Shown one piece after another: positions 52,583 through 62,564 of a DNA stretch of 64,000 nt. The notes beneath the pieces are model-generated. The model was not told the DNA's origin. It made no database searches and was given only the letters and a program-made list of their open reading frames with translations. Location: contig MGQQ01000025.1 of the NCBI GenBank assembly GCA_001798855.1, positions 1,740-65,739 of the forward strand. The letters are read 5' to 3'. The DNA comes from Deltaproteobacteria bacterium RBG_16_49_23 (GTDB lineage Bacteria; Desulfobacterota; BSN033; UBA1163). A program made the translations under genes and the position numbers. Every line of letters starts with the position of its first letter. Positions within the stretch are counted from its first letter, which is position 1.

Positions 52583-54211
52583 CTACCTGTTCTCAATCAC
52601 CACCCCCTGAGGTGAAAGGTACACGAAACCTCTCTTGGTACTTTCCTTGATTAAACGCCTCAGGAAAACCTTTTGGTTTTTGATGATCGCCATTCCCTTA
52701 AGATATTCTCGGAAGAACCTGAGTCGTCCCGTTCTTGTAATGTTTTTGGGGGTGGAAGTGTTCAGTTGAAGAAAATTTTTAAACAATTTTTTTTCATCAA
52801 CCTTTCCATCCAACAAGACATCCTCGAGGTCGAGAAGCCTAAAATTCCAACCCTCCTCATTTTCTGAAACCAGGATATTGCAAGTCTTCATATCCTGATG
52901 ATAGATGCCCATGGTATGAAAATGAGAAAGCCATTGGGCAAAGGTTTTGATAAAAAGCCTCTTCTCTGTAAAATCTTTAAAACCGTTAAATAGATATCTG
53001 TCCAGTTCTTGATCAACTTCTGAGGCTTCCATCAAGAAAAAGCTCTCTTTTAACCCTAACCACCCTCCCCTCTCCATAAGACCCATGGGTTTAAGATAGG
53101 GGATTCCTCTGACGATGAGAGCATTTCCTGCCACCCACGACCTGAGCCCTTTCGACCGTCGAAAATGTTCTTTAAAGGAATCCATCCAGCGAGGGTAACG
53201 GAACTGCTTTACACATATTCTATTTCCCCCGTCATTCAAAATGGAAACGAGGACCTTTGTATCCTGCTTCACCAATTCGGATGGCTTCTCCTGGACAAGC
53301 TGGAGATGGGCCTCAACGATTTTTGTGAATCGATCAAGAGGAAAATCTCTTCGATGGTAATAGCGGATTTCCTTCTCCTTCAGAGTTGAAAATTCCGTGC
53401 TATTCTTCAAACAACGTTTCGTTCTGCTTCGCCACTGTCTTTTTTGAAGACGATCCATCTCAGAATGGATGGTTTGCAGAAATCTCTCTCTTTTTTGTGG
53501 AGGGATCGGATCTCCTGAAAAATATCCTTCAAGAAACCTCGACTGTTCTCTTTCTCCCCAAGCGGACCTTAATGAATGAAACAGATGGGAGAGATTGTTT
53601 AATCTTTGATCGACCGAGAGGGAGGTGAGAAACCGGGCCCGGTGCAGGTCGGTGAGATAGAAGGATTCCCCATCCCATAAGAAGTTCCCTGCATGGAGGT
53701 CTCTATGATCAAGTCCCGAATCATGCATCCTTTTAACGATTTTCACCAATTCGGCAAAAGTCCGATCCTCGTTCAATCGGTCAGGCTTTTCAATCAAAGG
53801 AGTCCCCGATCCAACAGCCGCTGAAAGATAATAACTTTCACTCACCAGACCCCGATGGATGCGCTCCATCCAACCCAGGGGCCTTGGGATATTGAGATGT
53901 CGTTTCTCTGACTGATAGGCAACAAACCATTCTTTTCTGCCTTTGGAGGGGAAAATAGTATATTTTAAATATTCCAACCATCCTTTTGTCCTGTCCCTCT
54001 TAAAAAAAAACCTCTTTCCATTGGATAAAGTGAAAATCGCTGCCCATCGCAGTCTCGATTCCTTCAACACTTCTCCGTTCATGTCTCGAACGGAAGAGAT
54101 CGGATCTTCAAAAAAAAGAGGAGGAAGGAGGCGGAATATCTCTTCCTTCATCCATCCTCTCATCATACCTTGAATTATTTTTATGTAAGGCGATCTTTTC
54201 GGTTCAGCCAT
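52583..54211 (-). CDS. Tandem two-domain LPS kinase (Kdo/WaaP/InaA family)
   Basis: Two catalytic loops: HRDLHAGN..LTDL and HQDMKTCN..LLDLE. Confidence 0.85.
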   Translation of the reverse strand: MAEPKRSPYIKIIQGMMRGWMKEEIFRLLPPLFFEDPISSVRDMNGEVLKESRLRWAAIFTLSNGKRFFFKRDRTKGWLEYLKYTIFPSKGRKEWFVAYQSEKRHLNIPRPLGWMERIHRGLVSESYYLSAAVGSGTPLIEKPDRLNEDRTFAELVKIVKRMHDSGLDHRDLHAGNFLWDGESFYLTDLHRARFLTSLSVDQRLNNLSHLFHSLRSAWGEREQSRFLEGYFSGDPIPPQKRERFLQTIHSEMDRLQKRQWRSRTKRCLKNSTEFSTLKEKEIRYYHRRDFPLDRFTKIVEAHLQLVQEKPSELVKQDTKVLVSILNDGGNRICVKQFRYPRWMDSFKEHFRRSKGLRSWVAGNALIVRGIPYLKPMGLMERGGWLGLKESFFLMEASEVDQELDRYLFNGFKDFTEKRLFIKTFAQWLSHFHTMGIYHQDMKTCNILVSENEEGWNFRLLDLEDVLLDGKVDEKKLFKNFLQLNTSTPKNITRTGRLRFFREYLKGMAIIKNQKVFLRRLIKESTKRGFVYLSPQGVVIENR

Positions 54212-54270
54212 TTTTAAACGATCTATCCGGGAACAGGAGTTATACGTAACGGATTACCGTCACAAAGGGT

Positions 54271-55269
54271 TTACTTTTTCTCTACGATTTCCTTGAGAAC
54301 TGAAAAAAGACGCGGGGCATTGACATCAAGGGAATAATTCTTTTCCACAATCTCTCTGCCCTTCAGTCCCATTTCCTTTCTCATTTCCCTTTCATTAATC
54401 AATTCCAAAAGACGATCGTTCCATTGTTCTTCATTCTGGGCCCAAAATCCATTCACTCCATCTTTTACGATTTCTTTGTTGATTCCAACCGGAGTACAGA
54501 CGGCTGGGACACCCACGCTGTTGTATTGAAGAAGTTTCAAACCACATTTTCCTTTTGACCAGACATTATCGGCAAGGGGCATCACGCCTATGTCAAAACT
54601 TTTAAGATCTTCCACCTCTTCTGCCAAGGACCAGTGTTTCTTAATGATGGGCACACGTTCAGCGTCGATAAATTCGCTGCAAACTATTTTTACTTGGAAG
54701 TTGGTTTGTTGATTGAATATTTTTTCAAATATTGGAATTAAATTTTCTAAAAACCTTAAACTGCTCCTGCTGCCAAGCCAACCGATGGTAATCGGCTCTG
54801 AGTGATAAAAATTATTTTTCAAGGTATATTGAGACAGGTCGATCGAGGTCGGAATGATGACGACATTTGAGTTATACGTAAGAACCTTTGATTTTAAAAA
54901 CTGATTCCCGGCGATTACCCCGTCCATCCGTTTCATCATGAAGGCAAACTTGATCCTTCTCGAAAAAGAGTAAGGGTCTTTGGACCGAGGGCTCCGGTAC
55001 ATGATCGAATCATCAAAATCGTAGATTATTTTTTTGGCCTTTCGCCGAATATAAACGAATTCTATCGGCGAAAAAAGTTTCCTTTGGATAAAAACGATAT
55101 CATACTCCCCCAGAGTATTGTAAAAACTCAATTTATCCGGATAGTTGTGTTTAAATGAATGAGTTGAAACATCCAGGCCCAGCCCTTTTAGATAAGGGAA
55201 AAACTGAAGTACGCGATATCGACAACTGGGGGCTTCTGGACTATGAATCAAAAAGGCTACTCTCACCAT
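54271..55269 (-). CDS. GT4 glycosyltransferase
   Basis: PSCRYR, YDFDD, GWLGS, DIGVMPL..KGKCGLK. Confidence 0.88.
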   Translation of the reverse strand: MVRVAFLIHSPEAPSCRYRVLQFFPYLKGLGLDVSTHSFKHNYPDKLSFYNTLGEYDIVFIQRKLFSPIEFVYIRRKAKKIIYDFDDSIMYRSPRSKDPYSFSRRIKFAFMMKRMDGVIAGNQFLKSKVLTYNSNVVIIPTSIDLSQYTLKNNFYHSEPITIGWLGSRSSLRFLENLIPIFEKIFNQQTNFQVKIVCSEFIDAERVPIIKKHWSLAEEVEDLKSFDIGVMPLADNVWSKGKCGLKLLQYNSVGVPAVCTPVGINKEIVKDGVNGFWAQNEEQWNDRLLELINEREMRKEMGLKGREIVEKNYSLDVNAPRLFSVLKEIVEKK

Positions 55270-55285
55270 TCTTCCTATGCCCCCA

Positions 55286-55960
55286 CTAAACCTTTCGGGC
55301 CATCAAGAGGATAGAGTTTGTAAAATCGAGTGTAAAAAAACGGAAAAAGGGTGTAAAAAAATAAACCTTCATAACGTATTTTAGAAAGGGAGCATTGAAC
55401 AGCCGATAGAGTTCAATCGAGTTGAATCGGTTGCTCAAGAAAAGCGCCCCCAGTTCTTCATAGTGGTAGGGTGTACGGTGGCTTAAATCTTTCCAATAGC
55501 GGCCGGGGGTATAAATATTAGGGGTGGTTAGAATCACTCTCCCTCCGGGTTTCAAGATTTCAAATATTTTCCCCACCATCTTCCTCCCTTCCGCCCAATC
55601 CAGATGTTCGATAACGTCAAACAGGAGGACCATGTCAAATCTCTCCTTGATTTCTTCAAATGAGTAGTAGTCATGTTGATAAAAAGGATCGATATCTAAG
55701 CTTTTATAGAGGACCTGGGGATAATGCTTCTTAATTCGACCTCCTAATTCACGATGATAAGCCCCGACATCGAGGACCGTTTCACCATCTTTTAAATATT
55801 TTAGAATGAATGGGAGACGTTTTCTCACGATTCTCAAGTCCCAAACTTCAGGGTATTGTCGATGTATTCTGTGACGCCAATGAAACTGTTCGCTCCAAGG
55901 TACTGGATTCACACCTCCAGTTCCCTCCTCTCTCTTTTCAACTAATCCCTTGTTGTGCAT
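55286..55960 (-). CDS. Class I SAM methyltransferase
   Basis: VLDVGA, DVIEHL, LKPGG, TTPN; the true start may be GTG 55912. Confidence 0.85.
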   Translation of the reverse strand: MHNKGLVEKREEGTGGVNPVPWSEQFHWRHRIHRQYPEVWDLRIVRKRLPFILKYLKDGETVLDVGAYHRELGGRIKKHYPQVLYKSLDIDPFYQHDYYSFEEIKERFDMVLLFDVIEHLDWAEGRKMVGKIFEILKPGGRVILTTPNIYTPGRYWKDLSHRTPYHYEELGALFLSNRFNSIELYRLFNAPFLKYVMKVYFFTPFFRFFTLDFTNSILLMARKV

Positions 55961-56272
55961 CTATGGCAATACTCCTTGTTTGATCTGCATGACTAAAAGC
56001 AACGTTCACAACGGCAATCGACTCGAACCCTCTCCACGCTCCAAGGGATGACTTTCCTCCTAAATGGCCGATAAACATCCTAAAATAATATAGACTATAT
56101 CCTTCTCCATATCAAGCATATGGCCGGATTCTCCTTGTGCCCTCCCTCCCGAATTTTCGTTGACAATCTCGTCTTCATTTGATTACACTTTCTACTGACC
56201 GTAAGGTTATTTTGAAAAGCACTTCATAATCATATATAATTTTTAATCATCTTTGAGGGTCAGGATCGCGGA

Positions 56273-57016
56273 ATGGCAAAGCTCGATAAAATACTTAAGA
56301 AATGGAGACGCCATTTCTTAAGGACATTTGGATATAAATTGATTAAAATTGATAAGTTGGATGTGAATTTCGAGTCCATTTTATACCACGGTTTAAGAAA
56401 ATCTGGAGATTTCTTCTTTGTACAGATAGGCGCGAATGACGGTGAGGATCACATCTATGAATTTGTATCCAAGAATCATGATAAAGTGAGTGGAATGGTG
56501 ATTGAGCCATTGAAAGATATTTTTGATGAACTGGCCTACAAATACAGAAAATTTTCCAAGATCACACCAGTGAATGTCGCCATTCACAACTCAGAAAGCG
56601 AAATGATACTTTACAGGATCGCTCCCCAAAAACTAAAGACCCTGCCCAGATGGCTTAAGGGGATTTCATCTTTCAATGAGAACCACCACAGACTGACGAA
56701 CACACCCTCGAACTGGATCATACCCGTAAAAGTCCCTTGCGTTTCATTACATGAGTTATTCAACAGGTATCAGATTAAGAAGGTGGATCTGTTGCAGATC
56801 GATACAGAGGGATATGATGCTCAAATTATTCTGAATCTTGATTTCAACGCCATCAAACCTACGGTTATTCGGTTTGAGCATGGAGTTCCAGCTAACATCA
56901 TGAGCAAAGAGGCTCTGCAACAACTACTTGATTTTTTACATAAGCATGGATACGAAGTCTTAGTCGAACCCAACGATGCAACGGCCTATCAGCTCGACCT
57001 GATGATTGCCTCCTGA
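56273..57016 (+). CDS. FkbM-family methyltransferase
   Basis: FVQIGANDG, IEP, DLLQIDTEGYD, IRFE; own promoter TTGACA(56160)-18 nt-TACACT. Confidence 0.9.
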   Translation: MAKLDKILKKWRRHFLRTFGYKLIKIDKLDVNFESILYHGLRKSGDFFFVQIGANDGEDHIYEFVSKNHDKVSGMVIEPLKDIFDELAYKYRKFSKITPVNVAIHNSESEMILYRIAPQKLKTLPRWLKGISSFNENHHRLTNTPSNWIIPVKVPCVSLHELFNRYQIKKVDLLQIDTEGYDAQIILNLDFNAIKPTVIRFEHGVPANIMSKEALQQLLDFLHKHGYEVLVEPNDATAYQLDLMIAS

Positions 57017-57103
57017 CCATGAACTACACCTGAAACACATTCCCCTAACCCAGCGGGAGAAAACTTCACTCGATTGACCACTGTCCACCCGGCGAACTCA
57101 GAA

Positions 57104-58243
57104 TCAAAAAGCACATTCAAAAAAATCCGAGAGATGTCTGGCTGTGGTTTCGATCGTATAATGCCGGGCTACCAGTAGCCCTCTTCTGATGCATTGTTCT
57201 CGGAATTCTTTATGATTCATCAATACGAGAAGGCCCTCAGCGATCCGGTCGGGTCTACCGGTGGGAACAAAATAAGCAAAGTCCCTTTTCTCATCAAAGT
57301 TTTGATAACTCGATATTTCAGTCAGTATGGAAGGCACACCAGAGGCAAGCGCCTCCATCGCTGGCAGACCGAATCCTTCAAGCTCAAGGGATGAAGAAAT
57401 GAAGATATCGACGTTTCGATAAAGGATTGCCATCTCTTTTTCCGACAATCCTTCATAATATTTATCCACAATCTTACCCTCCAACTCTTTCTCGGAAGGA
57501 GGCGTCGGGGAGACTCTGATCAATTCTACTGGAGCACCTTTTTTTTTCAGCAGATCTACGGCATTTAATGTATCCTGGATGCCCTTGAAACCGACATGAG
57601 CTGACCCCACCGAAATAATTTTTATTTTTCCATCCTTTCCCCATACTCTTTTTTCATCAGGATAAAAATTTTTAGGATCTATCCCATTCTGTATTAAATG
57701 GCATTTTTGCCTGTATTTCTTTTCTATCAATTCTACGAGGTGGCGTGATACGGCAGCTTTAATGGTTGGGAGGGAATAGATCAACTCCACTCTCCTGACC
57801 CTCCTTTTAGATTTTGTGTTATCGATCATTTGCCTGATGATGGAAAAAAGACTCCTCTTTGAATACTTCTCCGGCAGAAATTCTTTCTTAACCCTCCCCA
57901 TATACTTGATCGGTTCATAGCCCTGGCACAGGTGAACTACTTTACTTCTCAGGTTTCGAACAAGGTGCATCACGTCATTGTAATACGTCCCAACATACAC
58001 ATCACACATTGGAACATCATCCAATGTGTCTTTCTTTGAGATCACCCATGCTTCTGGTAGGTACTCTTCGGGGATGTTCTCTTTCTGCTTAATGCTTCGT
58101 GATATGAGAATCGCATGGTATCCCATTTCTTTTAAGATCTTCACATGTTGCGAAATAACCTTGATCCCGCCTGAAATATCAATCTGGTTAATAAAATATC
58201 CTATTTTCATCCGAAACATCTTCTCCTGAACAGGCCTTGTCAC
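57104..58243 (-). CDS. GT4 glycosyltransferase
   Basis: SGGIKV, HLCQGYE, EGFGLPAMEALASG; likely start 58210. Confidence 0.88.
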   Translation of the reverse strand: MTRPVQEKMFRMKIGYFINQIDISGGIKVISQHVKILKEMGYHAILISRSIKQKENIPEEYLPEAWVISKKDTLDDVPMCDVYVGTYYNDVMHLVRNLRSKVVHLCQGYEPIKYMGRVKKEFLPEKYSKRSLFSIIRQMIDNTKSKRRVRRVELIYSLPTIKAAVSRHLVELIEKKYRQKCHLIQNGIDPKNFYPDEKRVWGKDGKIKIISVGSAHVGFKGIQDTLNAVDLLKKKGAPVELIRVSPTPPSEKELEGKIVDKYYEGLSEKEMAILYRNVDIFISSSLELEGFGLPAMEALASGVPSILTEISSYQNFDEKRDFAYFVPTGRPDRIAEGLLVLMNHKEFREQCIRRGLLVARHYTIETTARHLSDFFECAF

Positions 58244-59418
58244 TTCTGGGGTGGAGAAGCCTTGATCATATCTTTAAAAACTTGGGCTATCGCACTAAAA
58301 TTGACCTTGTCCGAATGCATTTCTGCTTTCATCCTTCCCAGGTATGAAGCTTGGCGTCTGATCTCTTCATTAAAAAAATATCTGATCCCCGCTTTCAATT
58401 CCCCCGGATCTTCTAAGCTGTTTATGACAAAACCATCTTCCCCGGGGTTTAAAACCTCGCTTGCCCCAGTAGAAGCGGTTGTAATTACGGGTAAGCCGCT
58501 GGCGAGGGCCTCCAGGACCGTGAGTGAAAATGCATCATAAAACGCGGGGTGGATGAAAAGGTCTGCTGCCCCATAATATTTCTCCGGTTCGTTCGTAGAA
58601 CCTACAAAAATCGTCTCTTCAGAGATATCCATTTTCTTTCCCAGACGGAGATAGGGGGCCTTTCGATCCTTTCCTAAAACAAGAAGCTTAAAGGGAGGGA
58701 CGCCTTCTTTTTTAAGGTCGGCCAGTGTCCTCATTAGAAAGACTAAGCCCTTCATCCTGAAATTATTCGAGACAAAGAGCATGACGAAATCATTGCCAAT
58801 GCGATGTTTTTCCCTGATCTCCTCCCGGTATTGGCGATTCCCGGGATGGAAGCGCTCGATATCGACTCCATTGTGTACCACGGTGACCCGGTCCGTGGGG
58901 ACTCTATATCTCTTGATGATATCCTGTTTGACCATATTGGAGATGGCGATGATCCTTGAATAACTTCTTCTTTTATAAGGCCTATCCTCAATCCAGCCGC
59001 TCACCCATTGCTTGAGGCTCAAAATCCTCCCTAAAAGTTTGATTGCACGGACAACGGGATGGTCATAGGCCCGGAGGCTTCTCCAAAACCATGCCCAATG
59101 AACCCCTCCATGGGGTTGAAGGACGTCCGCCTCCAACGTATTTCCCACTCCAAGGGTGACATCATAGTGCCCCTTTTTTATTTCCTGGGTGGCCCGTATT
59201 GCAAAAGAGAGGAGACGCAGGCTCTTGGGAAAAGAGACGGTTTTTACCCGATGGAGATGAATCCCCTGGACCTCTTTCTCCCAATGTTCAGCATAGACAT
59301 GGACTTCGTGGCCTTCCATTGCCATCCGGGAGCAGAGGTCCACAACATATCTCTCCGCCCCTCCCTTTCTTCTGGAAAAGTCAAGGATGGCTGTGGCAAA
59401 CCTCATTATTTTTTCCAC
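58240..59418 (-). CDS. GT4 glycosyltransferase (WaaG/RfaG-like)
   Basis: GGAERY, HNGVD, YDAFSLTVLEALASGLP; likely start 59406. Confidence 0.88.
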   Translation of the reverse strand: MEKIMRFATAILDFSRRKGGAERYVVDLCSRMAMEGHEVHVYAEHWEKEVQGIHLHRVKTVSFPKSLRLLSFAIRATQEIKKGHYDVTLGVGNTLEADVLQPHGGVHWAWFWRSLRAYDHPVVRAIKLLGRILSLKQWVSGWIEDRPYKRRSYSRIIAISNMVKQDIIKRYRVPTDRVTVVHNGVDIERFHPGNRQYREEIREKHRIGNDFVMLFVSNNFRMKGLVFLMRTLADLKKEGVPPFKLLVLGKDRKAPYLRLGKKMDISEETIFVGSTNEPEKYYGAADLFIHPAFYDAFSLTVLEALASGLPVITTASTGASEVLNPGEDGFVINSLEDPGELKAGIRYFFNEEIRRQASYLGRMKAEMHSDKVNFSAIAQVFKDMIKASPPQK

Positions 59419-60572
59419 CTGCCGAGCCGGATCATGGTCTCATAAAATTTCTCGACCTCTTCCGCTTGGCGGTCCAGTCGAAATTCTTTGTGGGCCTTCT
59501 GATAAGCGGCTTCTCCCATCGTTCTTCTTAACTCAGGATCCCGGAGGAGTTGAAGGGTGGCCGTTGCCAAGGCTTCAGCCGAATCTTCGACGACGAAACC
59601 CGAGACGCCATGTTCTGTCAGTTCGGGCAGGATTCCTCGATCAGCCACCAGCGTTGGTTTTCCCATGGCCATGGCCTCTCTTAACGCTCTCGCTGTTCCA
59701 TCGGAACCCGCCATTAGAAAGACAAAGATATCCATACAGGCCAGCGTATCGATATAGTGATCCGTCTGATACCCTCCAAGGACGACCCATGGCTCAAGGC
59801 CGAGCCTCTTCATCGGCTCAACAACGCTTTCATTCATCTGGCTCGAACGGCCCACCAGGAGCACCTTGATCTTCGGATATTCTTGAACGATGCTCTTGAC
59901 CGCCTCTAAAAAAACGTCTGTCCTCCGGTACTTCTGAAACCGCGCCACCATGCCGATGACCACTTCATCGCGGGCAATCCCGAAAACAGCCCTCATGTCT
60001 TTATAGGTTCCGCTGGAGTCGTATCGTTCCAGATCCAGTGCCGGAAGGACTTTCCCTACCCTTTCAGGCGGAAGCCCGAAATGTTCGGCATTCTCTCTTC
60101 TCGCCCTCTCAGAGAAGGTGATGATTCCGTCTGTCAGTTTAGAGATTAAAAGACGGTTTCCCAGATGGGGTTTTAAAGGATCCCGTTTATGATCGGTCCG
60201 GATGACGACGACAGAAGTATTTGACCTTCTGGCGGCTATTCCCCCCAGGATATGGTCGTGAGATTGGTGGACATTCAGAATGTCGACTTCTTCCTTGCGG
60301 AGATAGTCAGTGAGGTCCAAAATATCCGAGAGAGTGTCGAGGATCGAAGAAGGGGAGTAAATTTTCAGGGGGCGATTCAAGCGAAACTGGTCGGTGGCAC
60401 GAATCTTTCTCTCATGGGCTCTCTTTTCTAAACTGTCCTCCACGGGAAAGGGGGGCTTTCGGTAGGCGAGGGTCACATCATGTCCTCGTCTTTCCAATTC
60501 TTGACAGAGGTTCACGATGGGCTCGGAGGGGCCTGTCCATTTCCAATCGCTGAAGAGTTGGAGAACCTTCAT
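59406..60572 (-). CDS. GT4 glycosyltransferase
   Basis: WKWTGP, GMVARF, GSDGTARALREAMAMG. Confidence 0.85.
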   Translation of the reverse strand: MKVLQLFSDWKWTGPSEPIVNLCQELERRGHDVTLAYRKPPFPVEDSLEKRAHERKIRATDQFRLNRPLKIYSPSSILDTLSDILDLTDYLRKEEVDILNVHQSHDHILGGIAARRSNTSVVVIRTDHKRDPLKPHLGNRLLISKLTDGIITFSERARRENAEHFGLPPERVGKVLPALDLERYDSSGTYKDMRAVFGIARDEVVIGMVARFQKYRRTDVFLEAVKSIVQEYPKIKVLLVGRSSQMNESVVEPMKRLGLEPWVVLGGYQTDHYIDTLACMDIFVFLMAGSDGTARALREAMAMGKPTLVADRGILPELTEHGVSGFVVEDSAEALATATLQLLRDPELRRTMGEAAYQKAHKEFRLDRQAEEVEKFYETMIRLGRWKK

Positions 60573-61351
60573 TTTGCCTTTAGGTATCGGGGATCTTTTT
60601 CGGCAACAAGAAAGATTTTTTTTCCGAAGACGAGATCTGCCGATAAAACGTGGCTAAAAATCTCCCGGTTCCTCTCCCGTTGCATGGGATTCTTCTCCCT
60701 GCGAAAGGCTCTATAGGTTGCAAGGTAGATAAAAGGGAATAGAAAGAAAAGAAGCATGGCCGAGTTGCTAAACTCATGGGTGGCGGCTTCCAGTATCCGA
60801 AAACCATTCCGGTGTAGATTAATCCTCAATTCATAATAGTTAGCGAGATGGATGTGGTCCCCGCCCAAAAACCCATCTACCTCATTGCATGGCCTTCCGG
60901 TAAAGAGGTTGTAACCGACAAGGAGGTTGGCCACTCTTGACTTTAGATTAAGGAGATTCGGCGTCGTGACCACCAGTTTGCCTCTTTCTTTAAGAATCCG
61001 GAAACACCCTCTGACAAATTGAAAAGGGGCTTCCAGATGTTCGATGCCGTTCGAGCAGAGGATAAAATCGAAGGTTTCATCCGGAAAAGGCAAGTCCATG
61101 TTGAGGTTGGCTTGGTCGCACGAAATTCCTTCCGCACAAAAAAGTTCTGGACAGATATCTACTGCAGAAACATCAAACCCTGCCTCTCTTAACTTCTTCG
61201 AAATAGCGCCTGTCCCCGCAGGAGCATCTAACAACTTTCCCTGACGTCCAAAGCGGATAAAGATCTCGACCACTTTATCATGAGGATGCTGAAAACCCAG
61301 GATTTTATCGATCCATGCCCTGTATCCCATCGATCTTAACGCCCCTTGCAA
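60569..61351 (-). CDS. Class I SAM methyltransferase
   Basis: LLDAPAGTG, LPFPDETFD, GIEHL, TTPN; likely start 61330. Confidence 0.85.
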   Translation of the reverse strand: MQGALRSMGYRAWIDKILGFQHPHDKVVEIFIRFGRQGKLLDAPAGTGAISKKLREAGFDVSAVDICPELFCAEGISCDQANLNMDLPFPDETFDFILCSNGIEHLEAPFQFVRGCFRILKERGKLVVTTPNLLNLKSRVANLLVGYNLFTGRPCNEVDGFLGGDHIHLANYYELRINLHRNGFRILEAATHEFSNSAMLLFFLFPFIYLATYRAFRREKNPMQRERNREIFSHVLSADLVFGKKIFLVAEKDPRYLKAK

Positions 61352-62463
61352 AAATTCTTAACTCGATCTCCCACTTCGTCTATTTCTCTCTGGCTCAACT
61401 CGGGGAAGAAGGGAAGAGAAAGGATTTCCCGGGCACACTTCTCCGTAACAGGAAAATCTCCTCTCCGGTATCCCAGGTCATTATAAGCTTCCTGGAGATG
61501 AATCGGGATAGGATAGTGGATGAGGGTTTCAATCCCCTTTTCTTTTAACGAGGCCTGAAGGCTATTTCTTCTTTTCGACCGGATAACGAAAAGGTGATAG
61601 ACATGGCGTACCCCATCTTTTTCAACAGGGCAGATGACTCCCGATCCCTCAAGCCTTTTCTTATAGAGGAGAGCTTTCTTTCTTCTCTGCTCATTCCACT
61701 GGTCCAGATATCGTAATTTAACCCGCAGGATCGCGGCCTGAATTTCATCCAGGCGGCTATTCCCCCCCTGAAGAATATGCCGGTATTTCTTCTTCTCTCC
61801 ATAACACCGGAGAAGCCGGAGTTTCTCATAAAGTTTATGATCATCCGTGATCACGAATCCACCATCTCCGGACCCGCCCAGGTTCTTGGTCGGATAAAAG
61901 CTGAAACAGCCCATCACGCCAAAGGAACCCGCCTTTTTCCCTCGGAATTCCGCTCCATGGGCCTGACAGGCATCCTCGATCACAAGAAGATGATAGCGCC
62001 TGGCAAGATCCATGATTCCTTCCATCTCTGCCGGATGGCCATACAGGTGAACGGGAAGGATGGCCTTGATCATTCCTCTCCTCTCTTTGGTCCTTCGTTT
62101 TTTCAATAAACCTTCCAATGCATTGAGGTCGATGTTATAGGTTTCAGGGTCGATATCCACAAACAGGGGCCTGGCTCCCGTGAAGGAGATCGCTATGGCT
62201 GAGGCCACAAATGAATTGGCGACAGTAATAACCTCATCGCCTTGCTTGATACCAGCCGCCTTCAAAGCCAGATAGAGTCCATCCGTTCCGGAATTCACTC
62301 CTACTCCATACCGAACCCCGCAATAACGGGCGAACTCCTCTTCGAACGCAGAAACCTCTTCCCCCAGAATGAAGCGCCCCTTCTCAAAGACTCGCCTCGT
62401 AGCAGAAAGGATCTCCTCTTCAATTGCTTTGTACTGTCTGGTTAAGTCGATAAAAGGAACCAT
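61336..62463 (-). CDS. DegT/DnrJ/EryC1/StrS sugar aminotransferase
   Basis: NSGTD, PVHLYG, EDACQAHG, FSFYPTKNLG, NSRLDEIQAA. Confidence 0.95.
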   Translation of the reverse strand: MVPFIDLTRQYKAIEEEILSATRRVFEKGRFILGEEVSAFEEEFARYCGVRYGVGVNSGTDGLYLALKAAGIKQGDEVITVANSFVASAIAISFTGARPLFVDIDPETYNIDLNALEGLLKKRRTKERRGMIKAILPVHLYGHPAEMEGIMDLARRYHLLVIEDACQAHGAEFRGKKAGSFGVMGCFSFYPTKNLGGSGDGGFVITDDHKLYEKLRLLRCYGEKKKYRHILQGGNSRLDEIQAAILRVKLRYLDQWNEQRRKKALLYKKRLEGSGVICPVEKDGVRHVYHLFVIRSKRRNSLQASLKEKGIETLIHYPIPIHLQEAYNDLGYRRGDFPVTEKCAREILSLPFFPELSQREIDEVGDRVKNFCKGR

Positions 62464-62471
62464 GCCAACCT

Positions 62472-62564
62472 CAAATGCGGATTTCGGAATTCGGAATACG
62501 GAATAGAAAGATTTGTAATTTGTTTTTCAGATTCCGCAATCCACACTTCGCATTCCGAAATTGT
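62472..62564. repeat. Mirror-symmetric heptamer tract
   Basis: TGCGGAT/TTCGGAA units then TTCCGCA/TTCCGAA. Confidence 0.7.

Noticed and set aside
56020-56039. GGTTCGAGTC (tRNA T-loop-like) on the minus strand
   Set aside because: The T-stem cannot pair and there is no cloverleaf or CCA end.
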